A stretch of 64,000 nt of DNA from an uncultured Clostridia bacterium (GTDB lineage Bacteria; Bacillota; Clostridia; Christensenellales; UBA1242): assembly GCA_944377145.1 (NCBI GenBank), contig CALWEH010000003.1:55655-119654 (forward strand), read 5' to 3'. A program made the translations under genes and the position numbers. This document shows, in pieces, positions 36,500-46,667 of this stretch (the first letter of the stretch is position 1; each line of letters starts with the position of its first letter). Under the pieces are notes generated by a model, which had not been told where the DNA came from, made no database searches, and saw nothing but the letters and a program-made list of their open reading frames with translations.

Positions 36500-37808
36500 T
36501 TGAGCCCTCCCTAATGAAGTTACATTTTTTACCATCTTCTGGATTAAATGGTAAATACAAATTAATCATTAAACGCATTAGCACTTGAGAAGTAAATATA
36601 TTTATAAATCCAAGCACCAATGATACAATCCCAAATGATTGAATAGCCATATTAGGCATTAAAGCTGATACAATTCCAGCTAAAATAAGCATAACATTGA
36701 TAGTTATATTAGAAATTAAGCTATTGTTAATACCTTGATGTAAACAAATATGAAGCTTTTTACCTTTCTTATACTCTTGTTTTGCATTTTCTAGCGTCAA
36801 CATTAAACCAACGCACGCTATTACATAGCTTAAAATTATAGCCAACACTCCGCTAAAGTTTATATGAACCAAAGGCACAGCCTGCAAGAAGAATAAAGCT
36901 AAAACAAGATAAAACATCATATTAAACATTGCCATTGCACCAATTTGTTTATATCTAATTATAAAGAAAGCAAATGATGCCACAACCATAATAGCTAAAA
37001 CAATCCAAATATACAACATAGAATTATATCCTAACCCTGCAGAAATTGTTCCGTAATAGCTACATACCAAATCTAAAGGCAACATTCCTGTTCTTATTTG
37101 AATAGCATATTGTTCTGTAGTTTTAAGATCTACAAAATTATCAGAAGTCATTGAAATAGATTTAGTTGTAACAGCTTCACTACTACTTCCAACTTGAGTA
37201 GAACCTAGAAGCATATAAAATGAACCACCCTCATCTATTATCTCAGCTGATCTATCTTTAATAATTTCAAAGCCTGCATCAGTAAATGTTATTTCTACAT
37301 AATATACTGTTTGCACACCATTAGATATCTGCTTAGCTTCAACTTTACTTACATATTCACCTGTCATAAACGCATCTTCAGCACTCTCACTAGAGCTGAA
37401 TACAAGCTGTTCTGGTGAACCTATCAAGCTGATAACCTCATTACTATCATCTTTATCAACTATTCCGCCTACTTCTATTCTTATTCCGCTTTCTCCATTG
37501 CGTACAATAGTGCTATTTTTAAACCCACTATCTTCCAAAATATCTTTTAACCCAACAATAGTATCCTCCATTAATGAGTCAAAATCATCATTTTGAGAAT
37601 AATCTTCACGCAAATTAGCCTGATATTCTAATAATACACCATCTCCAATATCGCTACCAAGCACCAATTCGTGAACAAAACTAGTATATTTATATTCAAC
37701 ACCATTTATTGAAAAAGGATATACAAAACTAATAAAACTAGCCACCAATCCAATAATTAATAATAGTGATAGAAAAATAATAAGCATTTTAGAACGATTT
37801 TTAGTCAT
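36492..37808 (-). CDS. secD: protein translocase subunit SecD
   Basis: About 438 aa with an N-terminal TM segment, a large extracytoplasmic domain and a C-terminal 5-TM bundle. Start at ATG 37808 after GGGAGAAA. Confidence 0.88.
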   Translation of the reverse strand: MTKNRSKMLIIFLSLLLIIGLVASFISFVYPFSINGVEYKYTSFVHELVLGSDIGDGVLLEYQANLREDYSQNDDFDSLMEDTIVGLKDILEDSGFKNSTIVRNGESGIRIEVGGIVDKDDSNEVISLIGSPEQLVFSSSESAEDAFMTGEYVSKVEAKQISNGVQTVYYVEITFTDAGFEIIKDRSAEIIDEGGSFYMLLGSTQVGSSSEAVTTKSISMTSDNFVDLKTTEQYAIQIRTGMLPLDLVCSYYGTISAGLGYNSMLYIWIVLAIMVVASFAFFIIRYKQIGAMAMFNMMFYLVLALFFLQAVPLVHINFSGVLAIILSYVIACVGLMLTLENAKQEYKKGKKLHICLHQGINNSLISNITINVMLILAGIVSALMPNMAIQSFGIVSLVLGFINIFTSQVLMRLMINLYLPFNPEDGKKCNFIREGSND

Positions 37809-38045
37809 AATTTCTCCCAATTTCTTAGTTATTATAATTTATTAATTCATTTATGTCAACTAAATTTTATATACTAACACTAATTTCTATAACTAAATAT
37901 TTTATAATACAAAACATAAATTAACGAAGATAATACTAATTAATTTTTGACTAAAAATTTATAAAAATACCTATTATTTAAAAACTAAACCTTCTAAGCA
38001 TATAGTTATAATCTATAAACTCTTATAAACCTATATTTTAAAAAG

Positions 38046-38438
38046 TTATTTCTTTTTAATAATATTTAACAAAATAGCTACAATACCAGCTACTACAGCT
38101 GAAAATATTACATCTGTAAATATTGCAAGCGAGAAATTTATTCCCCCATCTAAAATAGAAAATACTATAAATGTTAAAATAGAATACACTCCACCCATAA
38201 TTAAACTTTTAATCACAAGTCCTTCACAATTCTTATTTAATACAATTACAGCTATAGCAATACTAATAATTTTTATAATTTGATCTACAATAGAAATAAC
38301 ATTTGAGTTTAATTCAACAAATTTTAGTACAAAAGCAAAAAGCAAAACTAGTAAAATTGAGCAGATAACTCCTATTAAACTTGCTTTTAAAATATTTGTA
38401 ATTGACGCTAAATTTATTTTTTTTAATTTTTCTTTCAT
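38046..38438 (-). CDS. small polytopic membrane protein (YrzE/TIGR04086-like by position)
   Basis: About 130 aa with 4 predicted TM helices. It sits between yajC and secD, where B. subtilis has yrzE. Start at ATG 38438 after GGAGGCA. Confidence 0.45.
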   Translation of the reverse strand: MKEKLKKINLASITNILKASLIGVICSILLVLLFAFVLKFVELNSNVISIVDQIIKIISIAIAVIVLNKNCEGLVIKSLIMGGVYSILTFIVFSILDGGINFSLAIFTDVIFSAVVAGIVAILLNIIKKK

Positions 38439-38458
38439 ATTGCCTCCATAATACACTA

Positions 38459-38490
38459 TGAAAAAAAAGAGCGATATATTAGCTCCTTTT
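38459..38490 (-). terminator. probable rho-independent terminator after yajC
   Basis: Minus strand: AAGGAGC-TAATATATC-GCTCTT followed by 8 T. The stem is imperfect. Confidence 0.5.
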
Positions 38491-38515
38491 TAAAATTTTT
38501 AACAATTATTTTAAA

Positions 38516-38914
38516 TTATTTTGTAGTTTTTTCGTCTTCTTTAATATTTTCTTCTTCAACATTTGCTGTTTCTTCTTCTGTTTCTGTAGACACATATTTT
38601 GGTGCATCTTTATCAAATACATAATAAACAGAATTTGCATGCACTTTTATAAAGCCAAAATCTTTTCCCGTTCCTGATTTGATAGTAAAATATTTGAATT
38701 CACCTTCTGTAGCAATATCTACAATTTCTCCTACAACTCCAGTATCAGTCATTATTTTATCACCTATTTTAATATTATCACGAAGATTTTGAAGTTGAGT
38801 ATTAAATTTACGACGTTTTACATAACCCATAACCATCAAAACTACTAAAAGTAATAAAATAGCAATCATTAGTATATCTGCGACATCTACTGCTAAAAGA
38901 TTTAAAAAATTCAT
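38516..38914 (-). CDS. yajC: preprotein translocase subunit YajC
   Basis: Single N-terminal TM segment, then L..NIKIGDKIMTDTGVVGEIVDI. Follows tgt. Start at ATG 38914 after GGGGGAAATT. Confidence 0.85.
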   Translation of the reverse strand: MNFLNLLAVDVADILMIAILLLLVVLMVMGYVKRRKFNTQLQNLRDNIKIGDKIMTDTGVVGEIVDIATEGEFKYFTIKSGTGKDFGFIKVHANSVYYVFDKDAPKYVSTETEEETANVEEENIKEDEKTTK

Positions 38915-38987
38915 AATTTCCCCCATGCTTTTAATTTAACATAACTATTTAAGTATGTCAAATATATTTATTGAATAAAAATATTTT

Positions 38988-40130
<1,143 letters not shown>

Positions 40131-40136
40131 TTAAAT

Positions 40137-41165
40137 TTATTTTATAAACATTGCATCGCCAAAAGAAAAAAATCTATATTTTTCCTTTACAGCTATATCA
40201 TACAATTTCATAGTGTTTTTCACACCAGCAAATGCTGAAACTAGCATAATAAGAGTGGATTTTGGAAGATGAAAATTTGTAATAATTGCATCAACCATTT
40301 TAAATTGATATGGCGGATAAATAAATATTGATGTATCCTCGCTTTTAGGCTGAAGAGGAAAACCATATTTTGCCACACTTTCTAAAGTTCTAACACTAGT
40401 AGTTCCAACTGCTATTATTCGTTTACCTTGCTGTTTTGCTTTATTTATAATATCACATGTTTCTTGACTTATATTATAATGTTCTGTGTGCATATCGTGT
40501 TTGGTAATGTCATCTTCTTTACATGGGCGGAATGTTCCAAGACCTACATCAAGTGTTAATTCAGCAAAAATTACCCCTTTATCTTTTAATTTTTGCATTA
40601 AATCTTTAGTAAAATGCAGTCCTGCCGTTGGTGCCGCCGCACTTCCTTCAACTTTATTATATACTGTTTGGTATCTTTCTTGATCTTTTAATTTTTCATG
40701 AATATATGGAGGAAGAGGCATTTGACCAACCCTTGACAATATGTCTTCCAACACTCCATTGTATACAAATTCAATCTTACGATTTCCATTTGGTAATATT
40801 TCTATAAGTTTGCATTTCAATTCTTCATTAAATACCAATTCTTCACCAACATGCAAGCGTTTAGCAGGCTTTAACAAACATTCCCATACATTTAAACTGT
40901 GCCTTTTTAATAATAATACCTCAATCTTTGCTCCTGTTGATTTAAATCCATATAATCTAGCTGGGATAACTCTTGTATTGTTAATAACTAATACATCTCC
41001 TTCATTTAGATAATCTATAATAGAGTAAAAATGAGTGTGAGTAACGCTATTAGTTTTTTTATCATAAACCATAAGTCTTGCACTATCTCTAGGTTCAATA
41101 GGAGTTTGTGCAATTAAATTTTCTGGCAAATTATAGTCATAAGTATTTATATTTGTGTAATCCAT
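40137..41165 (-). CDS. queA: S-adenosylmethionine:tRNA ribosyltransferase-isomerase
   Basis: 342 aa: YDY.LP..LIAQ.P...RD..RLMV, PLPPYI, TAGLHFT, FFSFGDAMFI. Confidence 0.95.
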   Translation of the reverse strand: MDYTNINTYDYNLPENLIAQTPIEPRDSARLMVYDKKTNSVTHTHFYSIIDYLNEGDVLVINNTRVIPARLYGFKSTGAKIEVLLLKRHSLNVWECLLKPAKRLHVGEELVFNEELKCKLIEILPNGNRKIEFVYNGVLEDILSRVGQMPLPPYIHEKLKDQERYQTVYNKVEGSAAAPTAGLHFTKDLMQKLKDKGVIFAELTLDVGLGTFRPCKEDDITKHDMHTEHYNISQETCDIINKAKQQGKRIIAVGTTSVRTLESVAKYGFPLQPKSEDTSIFIYPPYQFKMVDAIITNFHLPKSTLIMLVSAFAGVKNTMKLYDIAVKEKYRFFSFGDAMFIK

Positions 41166-41201
41166 AATAATATTTCCCTTAAATAATAGAATAAAAATAT
41201 C

Positions 41202-42239
41202 TTACTCTTCGCTATCTTCAATATCTTTATTTAAATGTTTAGGAATAGGTAGTTTAAAATGTTCATAAGCTGGACGCAAAACCACTCTTCCTCTTGGAGT
41301 TCTAGCTATAAATCCTAATTGAAGTAAATATGGTTCTATAACATCTTCAATAGTGGTGCTTTCCTCTCCTGTAGATGCTGCTAAAGTATCTAATCCTACA
41401 GGTCCGCCATCAAATTTTTCAATCATTGTCATAACTATTTTTTTATCTGTATAGTCTAAGCCCAATTCATCTATATCCATTAAGTCAAGTGCCTTTTTTG
41501 CATCTTCAACTTCCAATACATCTTTTCCATCTACTTGAATAAAATCTCTCACACGCTTTAATATTCTATTTGCTATACGAGGAGTTCCTCTACTGCGTCT
41601 TGCCAATTCTTCTGCTGATTCAGGAGTTAAAGTTATTCCCAAAATTTTACTACTTCTAATTAAAATAGTTTTTATTTCTTCTGGCGTATACATCTCTAAG
41701 CGAGCCAAAACGCCAAATCTATCTCTTAAAGGGTTAGATATATTCCCTGCTTTTGTTGTAGCACCAATCAATGTAAAAGGTTGGATTTTTAAACGCATAC
41801 TTCTTGCAGAAGGACCTTTTCCTACAATAAAATCCAAAGCATAGTCTTCCATTGCTGGATACAAAATTTCCTCTACACTTCTGTTTAGTCTGTGAATCTC
41901 ATCTATAAACAACACATCATTTTTATTAAGATTTGTAAGTACTGCAGCTAAATCTGCAGCATGTTCAATAGCTGGACCACTAGTTACTTTTATCTGGCTA
42001 CCCATTTCATTAGCTATTATATGGCTTAATGTTGTTTTACCAAGGCCTGGAGGCCCATATAAAAGCACATGGTCAAGAGCTTCTTTTCTCTTCTTAGCGG
42101 CATCAATATACACTTTAAGATTATTTTTAATTTTTTCTTGCCCTACATATTCATCAAATGTAGTTGGGCGAAGCTTATTCTCAACTTCACTATCGCTTAG
42201 ATTTTTAGTACTTGATATAAATCTATTATCTTGTTCCAT
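41202..42239 (-). CDS. ruvB: Holliday junction branch migration helicase RuvB
   Basis: 345 aa: [31 protein letters not shown]. Confidence 0.97.
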   Translation of the reverse strand: MEQDNRFISSTKNLSDSEVENKLRPTTFDEYVGQEKIKNNLKVYIDAAKKRKEALDHVLLYGPPGLGKTTLSHIIANEMGSQIKVTSGPAIEHAADLAAVLTNLNKNDVLFIDEIHRLNRSVEEILYPAMEDYALDFIVGKGPSARSMRLKIQPFTLIGATTKAGNISNPLRDRFGVLARLEMYTPEEIKTILIRSSKILGITLTPESAEELARRSRGTPRIANRILKRVRDFIQVDGKDVLEVEDAKKALDLMDIDELGLDYTDKKIVMTMIEKFDGGPVGLDTLAASTGEESTTIEDVIEPYLLQLGFIARTPRGRVVLRPAYEHFKLPIPKHLNKDIEDSEE

Positions 42240-42256
42240 ATTTATCCCTCATTTAA

Positions 42257-42850
42257 CTAATTTCCCATTTCATGCAATGATTTTGCCACAATTTGTTCAG
42301 CCGTATCTGTAGATGTTGCCACTTTTCTAGCAAGGCGACTAGCTTCATGCTTATTTATTCCAAGTGAAGTTAATACAAGTACAGCATCATCTATAGCTGT
42401 AGGATCTGATTGAGATTGATTATCAAATAATGGCAATACATATTCATAAGGATTAAGTTTATCTTTAAGCTCTAATACTATACGCTCAGCAGTTTTCTTG
42501 CCAATGCCTTTAATATTTGCTATAAGATGCACATCTCCAGCTACAATAGAGTTTACCAAATCGCTTTGCTTTATTCCAGATAGAATTTGTATTGCTGTTT
42601 TTGCTCCAATACCACCAACTGTTATTAATTGCAAAAACAAATTTTTTTCTTCCATGCTTTCGAATCCAAACAATGTAATTTCATCTTCTCTTACATTCAT
42701 ATAAGTATAAATCTTTACTTGCTCGTCTTCATCTGGAAGATTGCAAAAAGTGGAATTTGTAACCATAATCTCATATCCAACCCCACCACATTCAACTATA
42801 GCAATTCCTTCATATTTTGCTCTTAATATTCCATTTAAAAATGCTAACAT
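42257..42850 (-). CDS. ruvA: Holliday junction DNA-binding protein RuvA
   Basis: MLAFLNG.L.......I.VE..GVGYEI, with HhH motifs (VGGIGAKTA, IKGIGKKTAERI). Start at ATG 42850 after GAGGAGA. Confidence 0.92.
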   Translation of the reverse strand: MLAFLNGILRAKYEGIAIVECGGVGYEIMVTNSTFCNLPDEDEQVKIYTYMNVREDEITLFGFESMEEKNLFLQLITVGGIGAKTAIQILSGIKQSDLVNSIVAGDVHLIANIKGIGKKTAERIVLELKDKLNPYEYVLPLFDNQSQSDPTAIDDAVLVLTSLGINKHEASRLARKVATSTDTAEQIVAKSLHEMGN

Positions 42851-42862
42851 ATTTCTCCTCAA

Positions 42863-42898
42863 ACAAAAAAACTTCTAATTAATTATATCACAGAAGTT
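42863..42898 (-). terminator. hairpin plus T run after the 199-aa gene (overlaps the ruvA promoter)
   Basis: Minus strand: AACTTCT-(15 nt)-AGAAGTT followed by 7 T. The large loop contains the ruvA -10 element, so termination would apply only to read-through transcripts. Confidence 0.4.
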
Positions 42899-42910
42899 TT
42901 ATTTTGCCAA
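42882..42910 (-). promoter_or_regulatory. sigma-A-type promoter for ruvAB-queA-tgt
   Basis: Minus strand: TTGGCA, 17 nt spacer, TGaTATAAT. Confidence 0.6.
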
Positions 42911-42956
42911 TTAATTAAACATACTTGAGTTATTTTAAAATAATATATATATTTTT

Positions 42957-43556
42957 TTACACTTCTAATTCAATAGATTTGTTTTCTTGCAAATTGGTTT
43001 CATAAGAATATAAATAATACCCTTCTGCATACCCTCCTTTACTTTTCTTTAAGTTAACTCTCCTATTTTGAAAATTTACATAAAATTTGCCATATTCTAA
43101 ACTGTATTTTTTCAACTCTTCAAATAAAGATGATTCAATATATCTTAAGTGTTCAATATAAGAACTTTTACTCATTCTAGCTTTGTATGCCTTTAAATAA
43201 TTGTCAATATATTCATTAAGAGGTTTGATTGGAATGCTAAGTTTGGCTTCACGCCACAAATCTCTCCATTCAATAGAATTATTTTCACCTATACTTTTTA
43301 TTAGCTCTTCGATTTCTACCAAACATCTAATTCTTTCTTTACAATCTTTTATATCAAAATCTTTATCTTGAACAGTTTTTGCGCCGTCAGATAAAGTTGT
43401 ATATTTATCTATTGCAGATTTAACTAATTTATTCAATTCTGCAGTTTTTTTACTTCCATTCAAAACAGTATATTTAGGATTTGATTTTGACTTTTCTAGC
43501 AATCTTATTTGTTTATCTCTTACTAATTTATTTACTTTAACCAGCTTTTTATCCAT
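42957..43556 (-). CDS. hypothetical protein; N-terminus resembles the KLVRDK-motif all-alpha (MazG-like) NTP pyrophosphohydrolase family
   Basis: 199 aa. The N-terminal VNKLVRDKQIRLLEKS... recalls the KLVRDKIPEII start of COG4997-type proteins. The rest is helical and K/E-rich. The family assignment is tentative. Confidence 0.3.
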   Translation of the reverse strand: MDKKLVKVNKLVRDKQIRLLEKSKSNPKYTVLNGSKKTAELNKLVKSAIDKYTTLSDGAKTVQDKDFDIKDCKERIRCLVEIEELIKSIGENNSIEWRDLWREAKLSIPIKPLNEYIDNYLKAYKARMSKSSYIEHLRYIESSLFEELKKYSLEYGKFYVNFQNRRVNLKKSKGGYAEGYYLYSYETNLQENKSIELEV

Positions 43557-43722
43557 AATATTTACTCCTATTAATTAGGATATAATATTACACTTATTTT
43601 GTCAAGAACTATGAAACAGATGTAAAAATATACTTTTAATTTCAGCTTTATAATAACTAAACAAATTTTTAACTTTAACCTGAGGTATACCACTTTAAAA
43701 TTTTTAATTTTGTAAATCTACA

Positions 43723-43759
43723 ATAAAAAAAATTTAGAATAAACAGCTTATTCTAAATT
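43723..43759 (-). terminator. rho-independent terminator after ruvC
   Basis: Minus strand: ATTTAGAATAA-GCTGT-TTATTCTAAAT (11-bp stem) followed by 8 T, starting 3 nt after the stop. Confidence 0.8.
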
Positions 43760-43761
43760 TT

Positions 43762-44247
43762 TTATACTCTATTATCTGCAAGCAAACTATTAGTTTGTAT
43801 ATGGCAAAGTGCTACAGCTAAAGCATCTGCAGCATCATCTGGCCTTGGAACAGCTGTTAAACCTAAAATAGATTTCACCATATATTGCACCTGTTTTTTT
43901 TCAGCTCTCCCCACGCCTGTTAAAGCTTGTTTTATCTGCAAAGGAGTATATTCATATAAATTATTCATCTTTAATTTACATGCCAACAATAATACTCCTC
44001 TTGCCTGTGCAACAGGTACAGCTGTTTTTTGATTATTGTTAAAAAATAATTCTTCAAAAGCCACTTCATCTGGTTTAAAATTATCTATCAATTCGTTTGT
44101 AGCATCAAAAATTATTTTCAACCTCTCACTCATAGGCATATTTTTAGGAGTTGTAATCACTCCATAATCAATAACTCGATTTCCCTCGCTTTCTACTACT
44201 CCAAAGCCTATAATATTGTAGCCTGGATCTATACCTAAAACTATCAT
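43762..44247 (-). CDS. ruvC: crossover junction endodeoxyribonuclease RuvC
   Basis: 161 aa: MIVLGIDPG....GFGVVE, VAFEE.FF..N..TA..V.QARGV, DAADALAVALCH. Confidence 0.92.
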   Translation of the reverse strand: MIVLGIDPGYNIIGFGVVESEGNRVIDYGVITTPKNMPMSERLKIIFDATNELIDNFKPDEVAFEELFFNNNQKTAVPVAQARGVLLLACKLKMNNLYEYTPLQIKQALTGVGRAEKKQVQYMVKSILGLTAVPRPDDAADALAVALCHIQTNSLLADNRV

Positions 44248-44255
44248 TATTCTAC

Positions 44256-44810
44256 CTAATATTTTATATTTTTAATTTTTTCTTCAATAGATTTATAAGT
44301 TTGCATAAAAATTTCTTTTTCTTGTTTTATTTCCATTTTCAAGTTTTTATAATGCCCTTTTATTTCATCTATTTTATTTAAAATAGCTCTAATAAGCTTT
44401 ACTTGTTGCTTATAGCCTTTAATAATTGATGCACTAATTCCATCATATTTTAAAGCTTTATAGGTTTGGCAACACAAATTCACTTCATGTTTATATGTTT
44501 TTCTGCAATTTTCACAATCGTCCATACAATGGTCAACTTGGTTGATTAGTTCTTCATAGTGAGTTTTTAATTCATTAATTGCATTTACGCATTTAGTTAA
44601 TCTTGTTTTTACAGGTTTTTTAGAGGCTTGCAACTGTAATACTTCATCTTGATAATCTAACAACTGAGTATACAAAGAACCCACTTCCAATTTAATAGAT
44701 TTAGTTTGTTCAAGGCAAGATATAAAAAGATTATATGTTGCTCTTAATTTATTTCTACAATCATCTAATAACTTTAATAATTTAAAGAACTTCTCTTGAT
44801 TTTTATCCAT
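44256..44810 (-). CDS. hypothetical helical, cysteine-rich protein
   Basis: 184 aa, strongly helical/coiled-coil-like, with 9 Cys including HCMDDCENC and LCC clusters. No family recognised. Packed tightly between yebC and ruvC (20- and 9-nt gaps). Confidence 0.5.
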   Translation of the reverse strand: MDKNQEKFFKLLKLLDDCRNKLRATYNLFISCLEQTKSIKLEVGSLYTQLLDYQDEVLQLQASKKPVKTRLTKCVNAINELKTHYEELINQVDHCMDDCENCRKTYKHEVNLCCQTYKALKYDGISASIIKGYKQQVKLIRAILNKIDEIKGHYKNLKMEIKQEKEIFMQTYKSIEEKIKNIKY

Positions 44811-44829
44811 TGTTTCACCCCTAAAACAT

Positions 44830-45549
44830 TTATTCTTCTAAATTGTGTATAACTTCTTGCACATCATCACTTTCTTCAAGTTTTGCAAGCATTTTTTCAA
44901 AACTTTCTTTATGTTTTTCATCTAAAGCAACATAATTTTGAGGAATCATCTCTACATCAGCAGATAATACATTATATCCAGCATCGCTAAATATAGAAGA
45001 TATTTTATTTACTTCACTTATACTTGGCTCGCAATATACTGTAAACACTTCATCATCTTCACAATCTAAAGCATTTGCTTCCAATGCCACTTCCATTGCT
45101 TTATCACTATCAAATTTATCATTCTTTTCTAATATTATTACACCTTTATTATCAAATAAATATGATACACAGCCATTAGCACCTAAGCTTCCTCCAAACT
45201 TATCAAAAGCATATCTAACATCTGATATAGTTCTATTTTTATTGTCTGTCAAACACTTTACTACAACAGCCACTCCTCCAGCACCATATCCCTCGTATGT
45301 AATTTCACTATAATTAGACATATCTTGATTTGATTTTTTATCTAATAAAGCTTTAATTTTATCGTTAGGCATATTATTTTGTTTAGCTTTTTGAATAGCG
45401 TTTTTTAAGCTAGGGTTGCTTTCAGGATCAGAGCCATTAGCCATTGCCACCATTATTTGACGCCCCAACATTGTAAACATTTTAGCTCTTTGTGCATCAG
45501 ATTTTTCTTTTTTACCTTTAATATTATTCCATTTACTATGTCCAGACAT
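44830..45549 (-). CDS. yebC: YebC/PmpR family DNA-binding regulator
   Basis: 239 aa: MSGHSKWNNIK.KK...DA.RAK.F......I..A...G..DP..NP.L. Confidence 0.93.
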   Translation of the reverse strand: MSGHSKWNNIKGKKEKSDAQRAKMFTMLGRQIMVAMANGSDPESNPSLKNAIQKAKQNNMPNDKIKALLDKKSNQDMSNYSEITYEGYGAGGVAVVVKCLTDNKNRTISDVRYAFDKFGGSLGANGCVSYLFDNKGVIILEKNDKFDSDKAMEVALEANALDCEDDEVFTVYCEPSISEVNKISSIFSDAGYNVLSADVEMIPQNYVALDEKHKESFEKMLAKLEESDDVQEVIHNLEE

Positions 45550-46281
45550 TTATTTTTCTCCTTTAAATATTTCAAACATTATAATACTGCCAGCAATGCT
45601 AGCATTCAAACTTTCTATTTTACCAGACATTGGTAAAGTTATGGTTTTATCGCAAGCATCTATTAGTTGCTTACTCACTCCATTCCCTTCATTACCTATT
45701 ATAACACCAATACGCTTAGAAATCAAATGAATTTCACTCAAATCCTTTCCATTTAATATAGCTGATAATAATATATCGCAAATATTCTTTTTATTTGCAA
45801 TTAATTCATCTCTACTAATTATATGAGGTTTAATTTTAAATATAGCCCCCATACTAGCTCTTACTATTTTTTCACTATATATGTCTGGACAATCTATAAA
45901 ATAAATATCTTCAAAGTTAAAAGCTATTGCACTTCGAATTAAAGTGCCTACATTCCCAGGGTCTTGCAAGCCATCTAATATTAAACTATTGCCTAATGGA
46001 AAAGAATTGGTATTAGTTGGAATTTCGCAAACGCAAATAATATCTTGAGCAGTTTCTACAGTGGATATGCTTTCTAATATTTTACCATCTACTATGCACA
46101 CATTAGGAAAATCGTTATATTTAAATTCATTACTAGTAAGGGTATATTTAATAGTATAACTAGAATTTAAAGCCTCTTCGCAAAGCTTACTACCTTCTAC
46201 TAAAAATAACCCTTCGCTTCTGCGATATTTTTTATTTTTTAATTTTTTTATTAATTTAATATCTAAATTTGTTAATTTCAT
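45550..46281 (-). CDS. TrmH/SpoU family RNA 2'-O-methyltransferase
   Basis: 243 aa with SPOUT motifs: DG.QDPGNVGT.IRSA.AF, IGNEGNGVS, ESLNASIAGSI. Confidence 0.85.
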   Translation of the reverse strand: MKLTNLDIKLIKKLKNKKYRRSEGLFLVEGSKLCEEALNSSYTIKYTLTSNEFKYNDFPNVCIVDGKILESISTVETAQDIICVCEIPTNTNSFPLGNSLILDGLQDPGNVGTLIRSAIAFNFEDIYFIDCPDIYSEKIVRASMGAIFKIKPHIISRDELIANKKNICDILLSAILNGKDLSEIHLISKRIGVIIGNEGNGVSKQLIDACDKTITLPMSGKIESLNASIAGSIIMFEIFKGEK

Positions 46282-46329
46282 ATTAACATTATAATATCTT
46301 TAAATTTAATTAGTCAACTAGTTGAATAA

Positions 46330-46362
46330 TATAAAAATAAAAACACTTCAATATAAGTGCTT
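46330..46362 (-). terminator. weak rho-independent terminator after the ytxH-like gene
   Basis: Minus strand: AGCACTT-ATATTG-AAGTGTT (7 bp including one G-U pair) followed by TTTTATTTTTAT. Confidence 0.45.
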
Positions 46363-46377
46363 TTATTTTAATTTAAT

Positions 46378-46569
46378 TTATTTTTTGCTTGAACTAGATT
46401 TTTTACTAGGTTGTATAATCTTTTCTTCAATAAAGTCTTTACCTTCTTCTATTTTTTGATTAACAGCTTTTTTACCTTTTTCAACTGCATTAGATAAATC
46501 CTTATTTGATTTTACCATGATAGCTCCAACCACAAAACCAATACCCATTCCCATTAAAAATTCTTTCAT
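46378..46569 (-). CDS. YtxH-like small membrane-anchored protein
   Basis: 63 aa with an N-terminal glycine-zipper TM segment (GMGIGFVVGAIM), then a helical K/E-rich segment and a Ser/Lys tail. Confidence 0.5.
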   Translation of the reverse strand: MKEFLMGMGIGFVVGAIMVKSNKDLSNAVEKGKKAVNQKIEEGKDFIEEKIIQPSKKSSSSKK

Positions 46570-46633
46570 ACTGCCTCCAATATTAGTTTTTGTATAAATT
46601 TGTCAATTATTCATTTAAAATAATTTTAAATGC

Positions 46634-46662
46634 AAAAAAATATTATCGCATTGCGATAATAT
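46634..46662 (-). terminator. rho-independent terminator after the IscU-like/AT-hook gene
   Basis: Minus strand: ATATTATCGC-AAT-GCGATAATAT (10-bp stem) followed by 7 T, starting 6 nt after the stop. Confidence 0.85.
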
Positions 46663-46667
46663 TTTTA

